Source of the DNA: Thalia democratica
Taxonomy: Eukaryota
Assembly (NCBI GenBank): GCA_965202585.1
Contig: OZ241833.1
Location: 5,952,001 to 6,016,000, forward strand
Reading direction: 5' to 3'
Length of the DNA: 64,000 nt
Below the pieces are notes generated by a model. It saw nothing but the letters and a program-made list of their open reading frames with translations, was not told the DNA's origin and made no database searches. The number at the start of each line of letters is the position of its first letter. Position 1 is the stretch's first letter. Position numbers and translations under genes: made by a program. This document shows positions 48,103 through 62,994 of this stretch, in pieces.

Positions 48103-50925
48103 TTTTCGTTTCATTCAAGGGTCGGTAGCCTGACGTAACTCAATTTCTCAAAAAAAACCGCATGATTAAGGAAAAATCTTCGAAGGCCGCATTTACTTAA
48201 TAATAATTTTAATAATGAGAATAAGACACTGTTTTAAACCAAAATAATGTAAAATAAACAATTTTAAAGCACTAGTAAAGAATATCTATTTACATAAGAA
48301 CCTACTTCTAAATTTATATTGTAAAATATTTTGTTTTTGTAGTTTAAAAAAGCATACTTTTAGTTAAATAAATACTTTAATTAAGTTGCAGATTTTGGTT
48401 TTGAGGGCCAACCTTTTGTATAATTGAAGTAATTTTTCAAAAAAAAAGCTTTGTTAAGTTGAGGACAGCATACTTTATTTCGGGTATTTTTGTATTAAAG
48501 TGTTTATAAAATTACATTAAACAGCTACAAAAATAAGTCACGCTAAAAAAAGACTAAAAAACTTTACATCAAAAATGCTACAACAAATAGCTCCATTAAA
48601 TGTCATATGGCTAGCTTGTGGGACCTTACTTCTGTAAACATAAAAGAAAAAACGTCTCGACCTGTAAGAAATAATATTTTTGTGATTTGTATTTGAAAAC
48701 AGATAAAAACACATGGATAAAAAATCTATTTATCATTTTTTTACAGAGTTAAAACAAAATGTTATTACAATTAAAAAGTGTGTCGTTCTTAACTAATGTG
48801 TAATCTTATTTTAGCTAGGGTACTATCATAATTTTTTTTTGTAATTTATAAATACAGAAGAAAACAAATTTAACTTGTAATTACTAATGGTTTTGAAAAC
48901 TATATTTTTGAAATTTATCTACATTGACACCATAAAAATTTTTCTATAACAAGATCATCTTTTGTGCATATGTTTTTTTAACTAAAAACATATTCCATAA
49001 AATGATAATATTTTTTAAGGGATGTGTTTAGGTAAATAAATATTAACTAAGTTTTATACTAAATTTAAAGAGACCACTCGCATTGTGTTTAAAAACAAAA
49101 AATTAGTAAACTTTTAAATTAATTTACTAAGACCATTTACAAAAAAAAAGTGAACAAATGTAAAGACAACCCTGTCTATGAAAATCACAGATCTTTTTAG
49201 TATAAATTTGTAGTATCACACAATAATGAACTTTAGAACAAACTTTAAATCTGCACTGATTGTCAAAATACAGTTGCATGTGGTAAAAATGTTAAAAATA
49301 TGTTTTGTTTTTTAAATCAAGCTACTGTCTTTTATGAATCTCATTTTTGATATAAACCTAAACGAATTTGTTGTAAAATAATTTATTTATACAGTACTGT
49401 TGTTGTCGTTTGAATTATTAAAGCATGATTTAACTGTGTTAATCTATTAATTTAAACATCAAATAAAGTATATAAATAGTAAACATAGGTATGTAAGCTA
49501 TAGAGTTAGTGTGTAACACTTATAAAGCATTTAGTGCTCTGCTCACAATACCAAAACTATAATTCTTCAAGTAAAAAACATAAAAAGATATTTAAAACCG
49601 TACATTATTTTTAAAAAAAATTCTATTCTACAATTAACTATACTAGTCGTTATTGATTAGTTTTATTTTTTCTATAAAACTACAACACTTTTAACACCAG
49701 ACAAATAGATTAAAATATGTATATTTAAAACTTAATAAATTTTCATGAAATACTAAAAATAAAAAATATGATGATCCACGTGAAAATTAAATAAAAATTA
49801 AAAAACAACTAACATAGAATTTCAAATTAGCATAAAAAATTAAATTCAAATTAAAACATTAAAACTTTTTAATCTAGGTGTTTTTAAATGTAAGGTACAT
49901 AAACTTTTCGAACTGACTCAAAACAAATGTTAACTGTACATCAGAGCAACTTTAAAAAATAAAACCAATAAGGATCATAGAGTCCAAGCGTGAAAACTCA
50001 AATTTTTTTCAACAGTGGAATGTTACTGTGCCTCTTTGTATCCAGCTTATTTCATACTTCATTTCAGTAACTTGGCTGTTAATTGTTTTATATTAATAAA
50101 TTATAAATTTATTTACAAACCTAACAAGACAATACATCAGAGTTGTTAAATAAGTGATACAAATATAGTGTATTTATACAGTATATGTATAATAAAAGTT
50201 TAGAAATGTAATAAATAGAGAAAATAAAACACTCAAACTTCTTTAATTGTGACTAAAACCAAAAACATGAGACAATTGAAGTAAAATGCTTTAAAATGTT
50301 GTTTTGTAGAACTTATTGCTTAAACTAGTAAAATTAAAGCTTTAAAATTAAAAAACTGTTTTTAAAACACATTTAATTTGCAGGATAAATGTTAATATAC
50401 ATTTTATTGCTCTTTAGTTTACAAATATTTTTATAAACAAACTTTTTTTATAATATATATACTATCCTGTTATAAAATAAAAAACAACAGGGGTCGGCAT
50501 TTTGTTTGTGTAAACTTTTAAAAACACAAAATTTAATACTATTAATAAAAACGTTTGACAGTAAAAATATAAGGAAATGATAACAAGCACTTTTGTTTAC
50601 TTAACTGGAAACAAATTTAGTTTAAGTATAGTGGTTTAATTTGTTTTAATCAAAACAAAAAATATCAAGCGAGCAGGTCTGGTTTCCTGACCACTAAGTT
50701 ACAGTGTAATAAATGCTTGTTGTTGAAAAATGAAAGAGGTATTGTAAGAATCTTACTAATTTGTTGATAAAGTTTAACAAAAATATAAATTACTATTATT
50801 AGCTACATCAGCTTCTTTAATACTAACTAACAATATAAAAAATACTGTTTATACATGCATTTATATAAACTATAAGTTTTAATGAATATAATGACACAAC
50901 TTAAAACTATCTTTACAGCTTAAAC

Positions 50926-51550
50926 TAGGGGTGGGCAACGTTTTTCAATCAGCGGGCCGGATCCGGAAATATTTAGTCTTTTGCGGGCCGGAGCACTTTC
51001 AATTAGTTATTTACTGGATCCAGTGTCCGGATCCAGTCGAATAATGACTTTTTAGATCCGAATCCGACTAGATACTAATTTTAAGTCGAGATCCGGATCC
51101 GGCCGGAATGTAGTTATATTGAGACAGTGGATCCCTTAATTGAATCCTTAAAATTCACAAATTTTTCTCAAGTCTGACAACTTAATATATATTGAGACAT
51201 GTCAGATGTTTAAATAATATTTATAAATATAATTGACATTGTAATTGACAAAGGTACGTATGTAAAATATCGTACTTAAAAAAAAACTTTGATTGTGGTA
51301 ATTTGACAAAACGATATTCTAACTAACTTAGAATAACACAAAATATTACGACAAAATGGTATATTTATTAGTACACATAAATTTACAAAGTCATTTTTTA
51401 GCATATTTTTAAAGTCAAATTCTTACAGTTTTGATTTGTAAAAATATGATGCAAATTTCTATAAAAAATTTGTAATATTAACCTTTTGCAGGCCTGTAAG
51501 TTTGCTTGCGGGCCGGATCCGGCCCGCGGATCGTACGTTGCCCACCCCTA
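50926..51550. mobile_element. hAT-superfamily MITE (duplicate of 18876-19500)
   Basis: Same TIRs and TSD at +32,050; copied by segmental duplication, not an independent insertion. Confidence 0.85.
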
Positions 51551-51950
51551 ACTTAAACCTCTTTATTGTGTAATTATGGCAATATATTCAACATTTGATT
51601 AAAAAACTAAAACAAACTTCTTATGTACTAGTAGCTTAATAGTTAGATAGCTTAGCAATTAAAAGTTTTATATAAGTATCCTAATACAAAATAAGCAGAC
51701 AAAAAAATACTAATTTAAATAGACAACATGACTAAATTGGTAGTAGTAAATAAAGTTATGAAAAGAACTTGTTGAAAGAACTTGTGGAACTTTTGCAAGT
51801 CTAATGATAAAGGTAAAGTTAATAACGTAAATAAACAACATAAGTGTAACATAACGTAAAATGTACATTGAAACACTAACTACCTCATTATAACTCACTA
51901 GATTTTTTAATAAATAAAAAAATAACTGTTATTATGATCAAATCACTCAC

Positions 51951-52106
51951 AAGGTTAACTGATCGGTTGTGAAGACCGGTTGAAGCGTACAAGTTGTTCT
52001 GGTGCTGCTCTGCCTGCCTCAACAGATCGCAATTCTTCTCCAGATCTTTCCCGAGGAATCCGTACCTTTCCTCGAAGTTGACGTCAAAGTAGTTGTTGTC
52101 GGCCAT
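51951..52106 (-). CDS. Duplicate of the unidentified 52-codon exon
   Basis: Same translation as 19901-20056. Confidence 0.5.
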
Positions 52107-53722
52107 TATGTTCTTGTATATCACTTGTGAGGTGTGCTTCTGTTGAACACACATATTTATAAAATTGCTCAGACACACACAGTGTTTACCAGAAAAAATC
52201 AGTTAATTATCAACTATTATTGGTAGCATATGGAATAATTACCAAACTATATCGCATTTTCAAGTTTAAATGTAGTTGACTTGATAAAGATTTGTTGTAC
52301 CAAAAGCGACAACCACTAATAAGCCAGGGGCAACAATGAAACATCATATGAAAGATGCTATTACGTTATTTTTTCTCGTCTCCCACTTTCAATCTTCACT
52401 CTAACGTTACTATAGTAGTTACCGGTAGAACGGTAAGAAAAAGTATTTTATCAAATCAATTTTGGCCAACTCTCCCGAATTTAATTATAACGGGTAAACA
52501 GCGGGTGCATGACCATTCACTTCAAAAATATATATGTTCTTTATTTCAGAAAGCATTTATCCGAGCTGTAACATATATATAGTTTTACTTAAAAATAATA
52601 CTAAGTTTATAATTTTTTGGGAAGTACTTAAGAAATACTATAATTTAGTTTCGACAATTTTAAAAAATAGACTTTTACCAGTTTAAAATAACTTTTTACA
52701 ATCTTGTTTTTATAATAAAGTTAAAGCAACAACAAAAGTAATATTATTATGTATTTAGAAATATTACTAACTTGTAAAAGCAATTTATTAGGCTAAACAG
52801 GTATATATAAAAATTTCAAACACATTAACAATTCATATGATGATTTGATAAATGATGATTAAAACTAAATTCAAAAATACTTTAGTTCTTCTTTCATAAA
52901 TTATTGAACTTTACTTTAATTTATTTTTGACTATTTTTAGACGGAACTGTTACACTCATATGAATGTATGAATAAATTAGTTGTTACATTTAGTTTAGTC
53001 TCTTGTAAAAAATTTTTTACCAGTATTTACAGCTATTCAAATTCTTATTTATTATTTAAGAGAATAAAAACATAACCTTTGCACATTTTAGTTTACAAGG
53101 TTTGATCATACCAATTCGATCATCAGACCACAAGTTGTTGTTTGTACATTTTACAATTAATAGATTAAAATTTCAACAACATAGTTTAAAAGATAAAGTT
53201 TCTATTTTAAATTAGGTAATTAAGCACGTTTAGTTTATAAATTTTTCTAATGAGTGCTCATTTTCTTTATAAGCTTGTAAGTATTTATAACTAATAAAGT
53301 TTTAATTTCTTTGAGCTTTAGCTTTTTTATTTTGCAAATTAATAATATTTAAATTTGAATTATTTTGATATATTTAAATTTAAATTTGAATATTTAAATA
53401 TTACCACTTAGGTAAAATTTGATCTAAAACTTATCTTAAAGTAAATTCATTTTCTTTGAAAAGCTATAAAGTAAAAAATAGTTCAAATAACACGTAAAAT
53501 TCAAACATTTTTATTATAGAATACATTAAGTTTTTATTCATACTGTTGTTTAATTCAAAAACTAAAATGTAATTGTTAAATATTAAAACTTATTATAATA
53601 CTCAAAAAAATGAATCACTACTTTAAATAAACTTAATTTTGTTGATAGTTTTAACATTCGCAGTTAAAGGTTATTTTTACAATTATCTGAGGTAGGACTA
53701 TTTATTGAGTATCTTTTGTGTA

Positions 53723-55308
53723 TCATAAAGTCATTTTATTATAGTGTTTAAAATATGTTCCGTAGAAAATGATGTTGCCTGTGCTGTTGTGTGTTATCAG
53801 CACAACAAATTGGTGATTGCAGATGAATTCGGCTGGTCGGTCACCGAATGGTCCACTGAATGATGATGCTAAAAATATGCAAAAAGTTTAAAACACTCAA
53901 GCCATACTGGTGTCAAGGTTGAAATCTACATAATGTGTTATAAAATATCTTGTATTACATAAAAAGAGAATAATGTGCAGACAAGAAGTCTTTTATAGTT
54001 CTTTTTAAACAAAAATTAATAAAACTTATAAAGTTATTCATTTAGAATTGGTAAACAAGATAACCCAAACTTACAAGCTGAAGTAGTTCTCGCGTTGTTA
54101 GGTAAATATAATGTAATTTTTTTATAAGTTAAATTTAAAAAATTATTACTCAGTTTTGCATTTTGAATAGACAAGTTTTACATTAGGCATCAAGTTTATA
54201 TTTATACTTGTAGCTAATTTTTATTTAACTTACTACCATTAATAGTATATTAAATCTTATAAGAATAGTTTCATTTTAATACTAATAAAAATTTAGTTAC
54301 TCAAATCTGTAGTTTAAATTTAAGCATCTTACTTGCTACGCCGCATGCTTCAGTGCCTTCTTCATTTACTTCAAGATAAGTTTTATGAACAATATCCGAC
54401 ACATGAAGTCCTGTTACATCTGAAATTTTATTCAAATTTGCTTTTTCGAGTGAAAACATGTCAGTCATCCCCAACTTTTCAAAAGTTTCTCGCAAGTTTT
54501 TTTCGTATTCAAGTTTGAACTTTGGCAGGAGCAGTTTTATATTTCCTTGGAACTCTGTGCTCCGCTCAATCATGCTTCTCATCTTGCTGACTGTGAGTTT
54601 CTGCAAATCATCGTAACTCTTGGTCAGCATGAACAGCCACATTGAGTACTCCTCTCCTGCGTACGGAATTTCTATACCGTACATTTCATCGTCATAAGCA
54701 TATTTGTAACGAGGCAAGATTTTCGACATCATCGCAATTTGAGTTTGTGTGCCGTCACAGTTGTAAAAAGTGGACAGAAACGTGGTTTTCATGTTGAAAC
54801 TTAATGACCAAAGACCTTTGAAGTGGACAACGCTGGTTAAGACCATTCTGGTCAGCTCAGTAAGCGACTCGGGACCGATTGCTCTTTTTATTCTGTTTCC
54901 GGTGCTCTCAGCAACAAGTTTGTTAATGGCATCTGCACTTCGCTTGCGGTCCGATTTAGTTTTGAATGGTAAGTTTAGCGCCTTACAACCAAAGCCTTTG
55001 AGAAGTTTCAAATAACCACTTTTGACTTTGTACCGGCTTTCAAGGAACAAATTGTTGAAAATTCGGGCCTTAACTGAGGGAGTTTTGGAAGATAACTTTT
55101 GAAACTCCTCCAATACCTCCGTACTTTTATAATTACCAATATAGAGACCAAAGGCTTTCGTTATTTGATCTTCGGTGTTGCCTTCTGATCCGCAATAAAT
55201 CATGCTGAGGGCCAGGGAGATGCTGAAAGGAGAAAAGAGAATGTTCTCGTGCGGTGATTTGCTGCTAAACTCAGCGTAGAGATCATCAATAAACGAATCA
55301 AACGACAT
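53723..55308 (-). CDS. Serpin copy 7, join(55308..54333, 53868..53723), 373 aa, chimeric C-terminus
   Basis: As copy 4, plus Pro->Leu in FMPTK. Confidence 0.75.
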
Positions 55309-55799
55309 TATTCAGATTACTTGTACACTACTATCTAAAAATGAAAAAAAATAAAGTTGAAAGAAATTAAAATTGTTATTTTTCTATAGTTTTGGCTGAA
55401 CTTTGATTGTTAATTTAATGTTAAACTACTTTTTTGTCAAATTCTTATAACATAATACATCAATATTGAAAAAAAGAAGATTTTGGGTAATGAGTATTTT
55501 AAAGTTAAATATTACAAGTAAAAAATTAATATGCTATATTAAGTCTAATCTTATGCTACAGCTAAGGCTTCTAAGCAATGTTTTAACGCATTGATTTGTT
55601 TATATATAAAGTAGTAATCAAGCTTTTCATACTGATTATGCTTTAATTATTTTTGTAAGGAACGGAATATGAAACTTTGTTTGTAAAAAACCAGCAACTA
55701 GTTTGAGGAAAAACATTTTTTGACGTGGAAATAATACTTAAACTCCACAGTTTGATTTTTAGATAAAAAATTTGACATACTAAGGATAAATATTCAAGT

Positions 55800-56134
55800 C
55801 GAAACGGGTCACTTTTGCACGAAGGGACACTTTTGGACGAGCGTCACTTTTGCACGAGAGTAAAAAAGTATTTAAAAAAAAAGAAAAAAAAAATAGAAAA
55901 ACTAATTAATATTGAAAAAATAAAAAGAATTACCGATCGAGGGTAAGGGTTAGCGGTAATAGTGATAGTAAAAAAAGAATTACAAAAAATAAAAAATAAA
56001 ACCGGCCGAGGGTAAGGGTTAGGGGTAACAGTGATAAAAAAAGCATACCAATAAAACTATTAATTAAAAAAATACAGGAAAACTAAATAAATTATAAAAA
56101 ATCGATCATAAAAAACCAGAAAAGCTAAATAAGA
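55800..56134. mobile_element. Truncated foldback/MULE-like element
   Basis: Copy of 23750-24084 at +32,050. Confidence 0.55.
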
Positions 56135-56238
56135 GATTTATTAGCCAGTTTTCTCAAACCTACGTCATAATGCGTTAAAAAATATATTAAAAAAAAAACG
56201 AATGTTTCACATCTTTGTTTGTTTTGTGTGTGGCTGAA

Positions 56239-57040
56239 ATGAAACGTCTCGTAATTTTTTGCTTGCTCTTCCTCGGAGCTTGCTTAGGGCAGATGTTGGG
56301 AGGAAAACAAGCCAAGGAAGGACAGTTCCCGTTCGTGGTTCAGATCCGTAATCTGAATTGCCACGGAGTTTGCATTTGCGGAGGAGCAATCGTCGCCCCC
56401 CATTGGGTTCTGACGGCGGCTCACTGCGTTCGAAACAGTAACAACCAAACCACAAAAGTGGCCGTCGTGGCGGGAGACGTTTGGCAGTTTCGAAGAGAGG
56501 GAGTCACCGGCAGGGTGGAGATCGGGCCGGAGAAGATCCAAGTGTACCCCTACCCCGACTTCGAGCGAGACAGGCTGAACGACGTGGCTCTGCTGTTCGT
56601 CGAGGAACCGTTCAATTCGAAACCGGAAAACTCGAAAGTCAAGATGATTGGCTTCGGGTCGGACGAAGGCGTTGGGGTGGGGATTCACCAAGATCAACTG
56701 GAAGACCAACCAGAGAAGCAGGCAGTCGCCGGTGCTCAAGTACGGCACGCTGAACATCACGACGATCTACCAGCGCATCATTCACTTCGGAGACCTGAAC
56801 AGGGACGGCCCCTACTTGCTGAACGGGGACTCGGGTGGCCCGCTGGTGTGCAGGGACGCCGAAGACGGGAAGCAGAGACTGTTCGGGTGGCAGCGAGCAA
56901 CTGATGTTGAGAAGAACTCGATATTTTACGTGAGGTACCGCAGTTTCAAAGATTGGATCAGAAGAAAGCAAGACGAGGTTGAGAGAAAAAATGAGGACAA
57001 GTTTCAGAAAGACAAAAGCTACGAAGAATATTCAGTTTAG
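56239..57040 (+). pseudogene. Serine protease copy 6, 26-bp deletion frameshift
   Basis: 802 nt; same GGGGTGGG-bounded deletion as copies 2 and 3. Confidence 0.9.
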
Positions 57041-57967
57041 GAGGGAGTCATCGCAATGTTTATTTTGTACCTTCTTTTTGCAATGGAATAATTCTTGTTT
57101 TTTTACATTTGAAACTTTTTTATTGTTTCAAAACGAACATAAAGTGTTTATTCTAGAACTTATTAAACTTATTTGTAAAGGTTCTATTAAGTTAAGTACA
57201 TCTTGAATTCTACTGTCTCAATATATTTGACAACTTAACATGAATAAATAAAATTACTTGTCACCTTTCAAATTAGAAATGAAAACATTTTCTTTAGGCG
57301 GGTTAGAAAAAAAAAAACTTATTCATTACCCTTGAAGATTTCTAATACTTTCAATTCACAAACATTACTCAAACGTCACATTTTAAACTAACGTTGTTTA
57401 TCGAGCGACAAAAAAAAAGAACTCATAAAGTCTGTCCTAGGATCTGGTGTACGAAAAAACCTTTCGGTTATCAAGTCGTACCTTTTAATGTCTTGTGCAG
57501 GCCGTATTAAGTGTTCGGACTCCGAACTTCGGAGTTCTTTGTTTTAGATAGCTTTTAGCCGAGCTATAACATATAGAGTTCAACTTTATAGTTTAATTAA
57601 GTTAACAATTTTTTAGAAAGTACTTAACAAAAACTAAAATTAAGTTTTGCTAACTTTGAAAAATAGACTTTCACCAGATAAAAAAAAACTTTTTACAGAC
57701 TTTTTATTTAATATAAAGTTAAAGCAGAAACAAAAGTAATATTAACGTATACTTAAAAGCATTTTTAAATTGTAAAAGCAATATGTTATGCTAAACATAA
57801 AAATTTGTTAAGCTCAACATAAAAATAAAAATTTTAAACACTTAAACAACTGTCAATGCTGATTAATACTAAAATCAAAAACACTTTGATTCTTCTTTCA
57901 TAAGTTATTGAAATTTACTTTGATTATTTTTATTTTAGACGGAACTGTTATACTCGTGTGAATTTGT

Positions 57968-59315
57968 GAAATTATGCTAATTTTATGCAAATTTTTATAC
58001 ATATTTTTGAACGATTTTATGTCGACTAAAACTGGACATCTGGAAGAGTTAGTGACGTAACATAAAATTTCTGAAATTTAAAAAATAGTTGAAAATATAT
58101 ATTGGATATAATTTTGGGGTGGGTGGGATGGAAAACAAAATCGAAAACAGCAGCACGAAAAAGGCTGAAAGCAAGGTCGCACAATCGCGCGCAAAGCGCG
58201 CTGTTGTGCTTTCTTTGTGAAGCAAAACCGAAAGAAAGCGGAGCTTTCTGAGGTTGGGACGTACAAAGAAAGCGAAGCCTTTGAGGCATGAAAGCTAAAG
58301 CAAGATCGCACAATCGCGCGCGAAGCGCGCTGTTGTGCCTTTTTGCGAAGCAAAACCGAAAGAAAGCGGGCTTTCTGAGGTTGGGACGTACAAAGAAAGC
58401 GAAGCTTTCGAGGCATGGAAGTTAAAGCAAGATCGCACAATCGCGCGCGAAGCGCGCTGTTGTGCTTTTTTGCGAAGCAAAACCGAAAGAAAGCGGAGCT
58501 TTCTGAGGTTGGGACGTACAAAGAAAGCGAAGCTTTCGAGGCATGGAAGTTAAAGCAAGATCGCGTGCCTTTTTTGCGAAGCAAAACCGAAACAAAGCGA
58601 GCTTTCTGAGGCAGGAATTTAGGTTAGAGAATTCAGATTTGTTAAAGTTAAAAGACTATTTTTTCTTTCTAGTAGAGTAATTGTCTTTTAATGCTTAGTT
58701 AAAACATCAGTTTTTAAAGCAGGAATTTAAGTTTTTAAGGCAGGAATTTAAGTTAACGAATTTAGATTTGTTTGAAGTTAAAATTAGTTGAGATATTATG
58801 TTTTAATACTTAGTTTAAACGGCCGTTTTTAAAAACTTGAAGTATTTTTTAAGAGAATTTGAAAAATAGTACAAAATTTAAAAACCTTATTATTTTTAAC
58901 ACTTTAATTATAATTTTATTTACTTTCTTATTTATTATTAATTATTTATTAGTATTTGCTTTATTTTGCTTGCACAAAAGCGCGCTCTGCGCGCGATGTG
59001 CGATACTTTTAGCTACTTATTACAAACTATTTTCTTACTTATGTAGTTCTTTTTGATTTGTATTTAAGTGAATAGATATATTAACTTTTTTCTTCGTTTT
59101 ACATTATCTGTTCGAACTAATTTGTTCTAATCCTTAGTTTAAACATAAGTTTTCTAAAATTTTAAGAGTTTTTAATAGTATTTCAAAATTATCATAAATT
59201 TGAAAATTTTCTAATTAATATTTTTTTTTTACTTATATATTATTTATCTGCCTTATTCGGCTAGCACAAAAGCGCGCTTTGCGCGCGGTGTGCGATGCTC
59301 TTGGCTATTTATTAA
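57968..59315. mobile_element. 128-bp-repeat element, copy D
   Basis: Matches 25918-27265 at +32,050. Confidence 0.5.
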
Positions 59316-61354
59316 AATCTTTGTACCTTTGCACTTTTGACTTTGTACCGGCTTTCAAGGTTGTCTTGGAAAAAAAGTTAATTTTTATATAATTGCAAAA
59401 CGAGCAACAAATATCATAACATTTTAACTTTGAAATAGGCAAAAACATCAATCTTGGGTTTAAAAAGAACTTATGAAACACAAATATAATTTTAATTTTT
59501 GAAAAAAAAACAATGTTCTTAATTTCATTGTGAGTACACAGTGCTTTTCATGAATTTACTGAAAACGATAAAAAACCAATGTAATGTTAGGCTTATTCGA
59601 AAAAGTACAAAAAAGTTATTTATTTCTAAGAACGCTAAAATTAAAAGATATTACGTAACAATGGATAAGTTTTGTTGTTTTTTGAAGACACTTTTTTATA
59701 TGGCAGATTTGAATGATAGGGCTGAGTTGACATTATATGTATTGAAAGTAACATGTTAAGGCTTCAGAGAACTGCTATCTTGTAAATACTGTTTATCTCT
59801 CTTTATTATCTTTAATTGAAGTTTACATTTCTAATTTGTTTAATAATAAAATTTAGTAAAAATTAGTTGTTTAAAATATACTAGTGATTTATTTAGTATA
59901 TTAGTGGTAGTTTAAGTTATCTGTATTTATATATAATTGTTTAAAATTGTTAGATCCTGTTAAATGTTCATATTATTATTAGTATTTGTTATTGTTATTG
60001 ATTCCATATATTTATATTCCCTATGTTGATATGCATATTTGATATTCTGATATTCTAATATTGCCTAATATTGTAAGTAACAGTATTTTAAGATGATCTC
60101 AAGTTACTCAGAGGCAGTATCTGTTCCGTTGTGGCTGCCAGGCCCCGCAAACGGACACCAAGATCACAATAGAGTCTAAGGACTAGAGTAAGAACTTTTA
60201 GCCATGGATTTTCAAATGATAAGTTTTATCTAAAATTTGCTTTGAAAAAGTTTTTTTTGAAGTATATAGTAAGTTTCACAAAATTAAGCAGCTAGCAAAG
60301 ACTTTTTCAGATAAGTATGGCCTGCCGACTAAAAAAGCTTCCAATTCATATTCTAACCTAGAGGCATATAGTTTTTAATATTTAAAAAACTAACTTTGTA
60401 CTCTTAATAAATTTAGAATTTTATTTAATACAATTCAAATCTGAAAACATCGATCGTTTAGTGAAAAAACTGTTTTTGTGGTATAAAGATAAAGTTTTGA
60501 TTTTTTAGTTTTAGTTGTAAAATACTAATTTTAGTTTTTTCTTGAAAATTGATAACTGAAAAAGCTCAAATTTCTATTTGTTATACAACTTCAAAAATAG
60601 TTTAAGAAAAGTGCGTTTCTTATTTAACTTTAGATAAGTAATTCAAAATCTCTTGGTTTGTAAGGGTAGAAACTAAGCTCTTATATATAAACTAAGTCAT
60701 TTTTTACCTTAGATAAATTTTCTTTTTCTTTTGAAAAGACTATGTTAATTAGAACAACAATAATTAGTATATAATAATTTATTTTAGAAAAAAATCTTTT
60801 GTTAAAAAAAAATATTTTTAGTAATTCTCAGGGTTTGTATAATTCAGATTACAGTCAGTTACAACACTGTAAATATTTTAAAAATTTTTACAACTTATTT
60901 AACTATTCTACCTTTGTACGGGTCTATTTGAAGTATTTAATTATTATACCTTTACAGCTGCAATTTTCTGTTAAGCGTATTGTTACCACTGTTAGGTTTT
61001 AGCTATTGCTTAACATCTTTAAGTTATACAAGTATATATTAATTCATTATACAAAGATACAAAAGTAGTGACACAAATTTATTACAGTCTAAACCAAATA
61101 TTTTCAACAACGTAACAAAGTATAACCAAACAAACAATTATACGGGTTTTGTACACACCTAACAGCGATGAACTTCTTAATTTAATTTTTTTGAACGAAC
61201 TCAGTATTGAAAAATTATATAATAACTTCAACATATCTCACAAAAACAACAAACTAAATACAAAAGCAAACAGAGTTGCATTCAAATTAATGGTTCAAGA
61301 ATAATTACGCAACAAGTCGAAGATCTTTATTGCTTTACGAAGCAAGTCAGCTCT

Positions 61355-62994
61355 TCACAATTTACTCACCAACGTTTTTCCATCCTCGCGACCTTTACAT
61401 ATCTTTTCAGCAGTTGTTTCAGCCGCCTTGAGGTCTCCAATTTTGCCGTAGAAAATGATGTTGCCTGTGCTGTTGTGTGTTATCAGCATAACAAATTGGT
61501 GATTGCAGATGAATTCTGCTGGTCGGTCACCGAAAGGTCCACTGAATGATGATGCTAGAAATATATGCGAAAAGATTAAAACACTCAAGCCATACTGATG
61601 TAAAGGTTGAAATCAACATTCAGTATTATAAAATATCTTGTATTATATAATGAGAGAATAATGTGCAGACAAGAAGTCTTATAGTTCTTTTCAAACTAAA
61701 ATTAAGAAAACTTATAAAATTGTTTATTTAGAATTGGTAAACAAGATAACCCAAACTTACAAGCTGAAGTAGTTCTCGCTTTATTAAGTAAATATAATGT
61801 AATTTTTTTATAAGTTCAATTTAAAAAAATTATTACTTACTTTTGCAGTTTGAATAAACAACTTTTACATTAGGTATCAAGTTTGTATTTATATTTGTAG
61901 CTATTTTTATTTAACTTACTATCTGTAATAGTATTTTAAATCTTATAAGAATAGTTTCATTTTAATACTAGTGCAAATTTAGTTACTCAAATTTGTAGTT
62001 TAAATCAAAGCATCTTACTTGCTACTCCGCATGCTTCAGTGCCTTCTTCATTGACTTCTAAATAAGTTTTATGAACGATATCCGACACATGAAGTCCTGT
62101 TACATCTGAAATTTTGTTCATATTTGCTTTTTTGAGTGAAAACATGTCAGTCATCCCCAACTTTTCAAAAGTTTCTCGCAAGTTTTTTTCGTATTCAAGT
62201 TTGAACTTTGGTAGGAGCAGTTTTATATTTCCTTGAAACTCTGTGCTCCGCTCAATCATGCCTCTCATCTTGCTAACTGTGAGTTTCTGGAGATCTTCGT
62301 AACTCTTGGTCGGCATGAACAGCCACATTGAGTACTCCTCTCCTGCGTACGGCATTTCTATACCGTACATTTCATCGTCATAAGCATATTTGTAACGAGG
62401 CAAGATTTTCGACATCATCGCAATTTGAGTTTGTGTGCCGTCACAATTGTAAAAAGTGGACAGAAACGTGGTTTTCATGTTGAAACCTAATGACCAAAAA
62501 CCTTTGAAGTGTACAACGCTGGTTAAAACCATTCTGGTCAGCTCAGTAAGCGACTCGGGAGCGATTGCTCGTTTTATTCTGTTTCCGGTGCTCTCAGCAA
62601 CAAGTTTGTTAATGGCATCTGCACTTCGCTTGCGGTCCGATTTAGTTTTGAATGGTAAGTTTAGCGCCTTGCAACCGAAGCCTTTGAGAAGTTTCAAATA
62701 ACCACTTTTGACTTTGTACCGGCTTTCAAGGAACAAATTGTTGAAAATTCGGGCCTTAACTGAGGGAAGTTTAGAAGATAACTTTTGAAACTCTTCCAAA
62801 ACCTCTGTACTTTTATAATTACCAAAATAGAGACCAAAGGCTTTCGTTATTTGATCTTCGGTGTTGCCTTCTGATCCGCAATAAATCATGCTGAGGGCCA
62901 GGGAGATGCTGAAAGGAGAAAAGAGAATGTTCTCGTGCGGTGATTTGCTGCTAAACTCAGCGTAGAGGTCATCAATGAACGAATCAAACGACAT
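61355..62994 (-). CDS. Serpin copy 8, join(62994..62019, 61554..61355), 391 aa
   Basis: Intact; RCL SSFSGPF; its partner protease is expected at ~64,500, outside the window. Confidence 0.85.
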
